Shown: one piece after another, positions 60,559 to 64,000 of the stretch
How positions within the stretch are numbered: the stretch's first letter is position 1
How the letters are laid out: each line of letters begins with the position of its first letter
DNA from: Andalucia godoyi And28
Taxonomy: Eukaryota > Protista > Jakobida
Length of the DNA stretch: 64,000 bases
Assembly: GCA_009859145.1 (NCBI GenBank)
Contig: VRVR01000024.1
Span: forward strand, 214,870 to 278,869
Reading direction: 5' to 3'
Notes under the pieces: generated by a model
The model's input: only the letters and a program-made list of their open reading frames with translations
What the model was told of the DNA's origin: nothing
The model's database searches: none
Position numbers and translations under genes: made by a program

Positions 60559-61223
60559 CGGTGTCCAATTGCCCACGATTTACCACCCACTGCATTGGGT
60601 TTGTGCCTGTGCTGCTGCAGACGCCAGCTCCAGAGAGATCCACAGCTCCTGTGGCAACAAGATGCCTTGCGATATCCGTCCGAGCAAGGAAACATGCACA
60701 CGTAAATGCCTCATTCAGCGCAGCGGAGTCACTGTCGAACATCTCTGCGTCGTACCACTTCATGAATGGCGACTGCTGCTGCTGCTGACGAGGTTGGCAA
60801 TCATAATCATCATCATCAGGCACACACGGCGTGAACACGGGTTCCAAATCCGAAAAGTCCCCGGAGAGCAGTTGTTCAACAACACGATCGAAATGCTCCA
60901 CAGCGTGCGCAAGTAGCGCGTGGTATTAACGGGGTAGGTGACATGGAGGAGGCCCTCAGAGTTTCAGACAGTGCATCACGTGGGTCTCTGTCGGGAGTCC
61001 TTTTTGAGATGCTGCCGACATCTTCGAATGACCGTGACACTTTTGTTCCGCATTTTACTTTTGGTGTTTTTGTCCTCAACGATCCGGTGAGAAATACGGA
61101 CCCGAAGACCGGAGGCTTCACGCACTTTTGACGCGTTCTGATGGAGATGCAACCCTTTTTTCTTTCGCTTCGTGTTTTCCTGGCAACTTCTTCTTCTTCT
61201 TCTTCCCGTTTCGTGGATCGGAA

Positions 61224-62624
61224 ATGGCGGAATATAGGAAGAAACAAAAAGCACCGGCACCGTCTTTGACTGCTTCCGTATCGACGACGAGCACTCTCAA
61301 AGATCTTGGGATCTGCAACTGCAAATCGGGATGTGAAACCTTCAGGTGCTCGTGCAAAAAAGGAGGTAGATTTTGCGACCCTACGCGCTGCGGATGCTGC
61401 AATGCGCAAAGTGCAGTCTGCAAAAACTTGGATCCTTCAGAAGAGTTTGTGAACTTGTCTCTCGAGGAAGGGGGATCTACCGTGCCACCGGTTTTCGGAG
61501 GTGACGCGACAGACGTGGAGATTTCTCGGCTCGATTCAACAGAGGGTCTGTTTGTCTATTCTTGGAACATTCAGTCGTTTGGTGGACGTATCGTCGGTCA
61601 GAATGGAGATCTCTTGCAGCGGTTCCAGCACCAACGAAACACGGTGGTCCGCACGATCCTGCATCAAAAGAATCTCGATGTGATCTTCATTATCGAGGTG
61701 ATGAATGTCGATGCGGTCAAACAAGTGCATGAAATGCTGAATGCTGCAATCGACAAGAGACACGCTGCGACGTGTGTGCTAGCGAAAAGTGGAAATCCGT
61801 CCACCGCAAAGTCTTGCGACTGCGAGAGCAGCAAATTTGACTCCTGTTGCGTTCCCGTTGGAACTGGGTACAATATTTCCACTCAGGATCGCACGCATCC
61901 CGAGTTCCTCGGCGTCCTGGTGCGACGCAAGTTTTCGGATCCGCGATTTTCGTTTTATGATAATGATACAAGAGGGCTGCTGGAGGTTGCAAAAGAGTAC
62001 TATGGACCTAGTGTGTCTGGGCGTGTTTGGAAGCGCCTCCCCGTACTGCTCAAGCCCATTCGAGTCGTGGAAAAATCTCAGAAGACAAGCGGTACCAAAG
62101 AATCCACATTGAGGCTCGCTTGTTTTCATTTATGTTCTGACTCCTCGCATAACATGTTGCAGCTGAATGGAGAGCACCGGGAGCTTCCTGATCTATGGAA
62201 ATGGATGGCAGCCTCTACGGAGGATGCGTCTGCATCGGCGGATGCACAACCGACCATTTATCCAATTTTGATTGGAGACATGAACCGCAATCCATCCGCC
62301 CGCTCTTACGAGCAACTGCGTCGAGTGGCAAGTTGCGCAATTTTCGAAGCAACCAACATGGGCGAGACGCCCCAAACGTACGATCATGTTTGGGTTTGCA
62401 AGTCATGGTTTTCTGCAGCTTGTTTCCGAGCGGGGGTGATTCGATCGTATCCATTCGAAGATATTTCCACGACGTACGCTCCAGAAATCAGCTCGGAAGA
62501 CTCCACAGTGAGTTCTGCAGCACATCTGCAGCGCGTGCCATTCCGCGAGTATACCCTCGAGGAATTGAAAAAGTATTTTGACCATTATTTGATCTGGACT
62601 GCTATTCAGCCTCCGTTTCCCTGA
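61224..62624 (+). CDS. DNase I-like exonuclease-endonuclease-phosphatase with N-terminal CXC cysteine cluster, 466 aa (ATG 61224)
   Basis: CNCKSGCETFRCSCKKGGRFCDPTRCGCCN; EEP motifs SWNIQSF, DVIFIIEV, FHL, LIGDMN, YDHVW, FDHY. Confidence 0.85.
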   Translation: MAEYRKKQKAPAPSLTASVSTTSTLKDLGICNCKSGCETFRCSCKKGGRFCDPTRCGCCNAQSAVCKNLDPSEEFVNLSLEEGGSTVPPVFGGDATDVEISRLDSTEGLFVYSWNIQSFGGRIVGQNGDLLQRFQHQRNTVVRTILHQKNLDVIFIIEVMNVDAVKQVHEMLNAAIDKRHAATCVLAKSGNPSTAKSCDCESSKFDSCCVPVGTGYNISTQDRTHPEFLGVLVRRKFSDPRFSFYDNDTRGLLEVAKEYYGPSVSGRVWKRLPVLLKPIRVVEKSQKTSGTKESTLRLACFHLCSDSSHNMLQLNGEHRELPDLWKWMAASTEDASASADAQPTIYPILIGDMNRNPSARSYEQLRRVASCAIFEATNMGETPQTYDHVWVCKSWFSAACFRAGVIRSYPFEDISTTYAPEISSEDSTVSSAAHLQRVPFREYTLEELKKYFDHYLIWTAIQPPFP

Positions 62625-62685
62625 GTGTCGACTAAAAACTCGGTAATACCAAGTATATTTTCCCTCTTTCTTTTCCTGGCTTTTT

Positions 62686-63669
62686 TCAATCCCGTACATG
62701 AGCTTGCGGAAACACCGGCGGATGGTGGAGTCCCAGCTCGCTGTGGCTTCTGATGTTGGTTTTGCTTCCCTTGGAGGGTGAGGTGCGAGACTTTGCATTA
62801 TGAGAAAGATACTTGTTCAGAATGCCATTTGCTTTCCCCAACAGCACTCCAGGCGATCCTGTCGCGGACGATGCAGTGTACAGCGAGTGGAACAATGCTG
62901 TTGGTGGTTTCCTCACTCCCGCCGCTGCAGAAAATGGCGAATGCACGGGTGCTGGGTATGTTGTCTGATCCGCTCGGTCTGCAACGATTGTACTCTTGTC
63001 GGCACCACGAAGAAACCCTTCCAGAAACGAGCTTTCGTCGAACGAAGCACTCAGCAGCAATCGCGACGTTGCGTCGAGATCGACAGTCGTTCCGCAAAGC
63101 GAGTGGGTGTTCGGTGCTTGCTCACTCATAAAACCATCTCTTACTGTATCTAAAGCAAGCAAACTCTCAAGAACTTGCGCAGGGGTCTTGGTTTGTAACA
63201 GAATCGGGCGGTCTCCATTCCCGCGGTCGTGCATGGTCTCGGTTTGTGGTGGCCAGAGGGAGATTCCCGGTTCTGCAGTTTTCTGTTCGAGGACGCTCGC
63301 TCGTTCTTTCCATTCATGAACATGTAGCATCAGCTTCTTATTCTCGGCCTTCAAAGCCCTGAGTTCACCGTCTCTTTTTTGCACGCTCTTTTGCAGTTGT
63401 GACTGTATTTCAGTCATGGACTGCAGCTCCTCTTCGTGCGCAGTCCGCATCTGATTCATTTGCTCCAGAAGAGAAGTGCACATTTGACGATACGACTCGT
63501 TGAGTTTCTGAAGCTCAGTCTCGTTTTTTCGGGCTAATTCAGTCTCTTTCCGGTACTCTTCCAACTGGTCCATCATCTGCATGGACTTCGACAGCACAAT
63601 TTCTTTGAGTGCGTCATTCCGTTCTTTAATCTCCTCGAACTCCACACGCTCATGGTTCGCAGCCAGCAT
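62686..63669 (-). CDS. Coiled-coil protein of unknown function (upstream exon possible)
   Basis: About 100 aa of heptads followed by low-complexity tail; ATG 63669. Confidence 0.6.
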   Translation of the reverse strand: MLAANHERVEFEEIKERNDALKEIVLSKSMQMMDQLEEYRKETELARKNETELQKLNESYRQMCTSLLEQMNQMRTAHEEELQSMTEIQSQLQKSVQKRDGELRALKAENKKLMLHVHEWKERASVLEQKTAEPGISLWPPQTETMHDRGNGDRPILLQTKTPAQVLESLLALDTVRDGFMSEQAPNTHSLCGTTVDLDATSRLLLSASFDESSFLEGFLRGADKSTIVADRADQTTYPAPVHSPFSAAAGVRKPPTALFHSLYTASSATGSPGVLLGKANGILNKYLSHNAKSRTSPSKGSKTNIRSHSELGLHHPPVFPQAHVRD

Positions 63670-64000
63670 CTCGGCCGATTTTTCTCGATCTCGTATCCAA
63701 GAAAATGTAACAAAATAAACACGGTATGCACAGAAATGAGCAAACAGAAACAATAAATATACAAGGAAAACAGTCCAGATTAATTACACTCTTGTCTGCA
63801 GTACTTAATCGAAAACAATTAAAAATGCAACTGGCGTAGGGAATGTCCGCCGTCATAATCGAAGGACATGGTGGGATTCTCTGTCTTGTGGAAGTTCACA
63901 TTCCACAAAACATGTCTTTTCGGATTTGCCTTTCATCGGATTTCTCTCGTGTTTTCTTATTCACTTATCCGTTTCATTTACCCATTTCTTCCTCTTTAAA

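Larger units (their letters stand above)
59721..60944 (-). pseudogene. Bacterial-like ankyrin-repeat gene interrupted by element A
   Basis: 5' half 'LLSGDFSDLEPVF...ALNEAFTCACFLART...NPMQWVVNRGQLDT' and 3' half 'VKYL...LESKNMHGGTVLGMAVWSAIHE...PTGNPELDE' join in frame when 59969-60558 is removed; no in-frame ATG (nearest ATG 60944 is out of frame). Confidence 0.75.

Noticed and set aside
59972-60559. Ordinary GT-AG intron in the ankyrin gene
   Set aside because: The nearest acceptor gives a frameshift and immediate stop; exact restoration needs CG-core excision.
60173-60916. 247-aa plus-strand ORF
   Set aside because: Antisense shadow across element A and the ankyrin 5' half; no recognisable domain.
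63886-63908. 8-bp inverted repeat TTGTGGAA/TTCCACAA
   Set aside because: Short and isolated; expected by chance in 64 kb.

Overview
Gene-dense, intron-poor eukaryotic DNA in the standard code, most likely from a free-living flagellated protist (outer-arm dynein, IQCE-like protein, long (GA)n/(CA)n tracts); the species cannot be fixed from sequence alone. About 27 protein genes are present, including PSMG4, dUTPase, an F-box protein, a multicopper oxidase, UGDH, an ARID-BAH-ORC2 fusion, the Rieske protein, XRCC4, an intron-containing bacterial-type methylglyoxal synthase, a GH28 polygalacturonase, Ku80, a dual-specificity phosphatase, eIF1A, TPMT, CTDSPL2, eIF3g, an intronless 4573-aa dynein heavy chain and a CXC-DNase I-like fusion. 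The main unannotated signal, invisible in the ORF track, is a family of 4-5 short non-autonomous TnpB/Fanzor2-like elements (about 0.2-0.8 kb; near 6.6, 9.7, 11.7-12.5, 28.8 and 60.0-60.6 kb). The protein is internally deleted (remnants of the N-terminal 'RLKMHPSQEQRVTLRKW' motif and the RuvC-III 'DRDWNGARSI' motif), but the 3' omega-RNA-like fold is kept (tetraloop hairpins, a predicted CCUAY/GUAGG pseudoknot, conserved end GTGTAYAWTGTAGGCG). One copy splits an ankyrin gene whose frame is restored exactly on removal, giving an empty site CCG|TCAAG. Two tandem proteins resembling the insect Gr/Or 7TM ion-channel superfamily are the second highlight. All identifications are by eye from motifs; no database search or folding program was run. 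No rRNA, tRNA, CRISPR array or intact transposase was seen.
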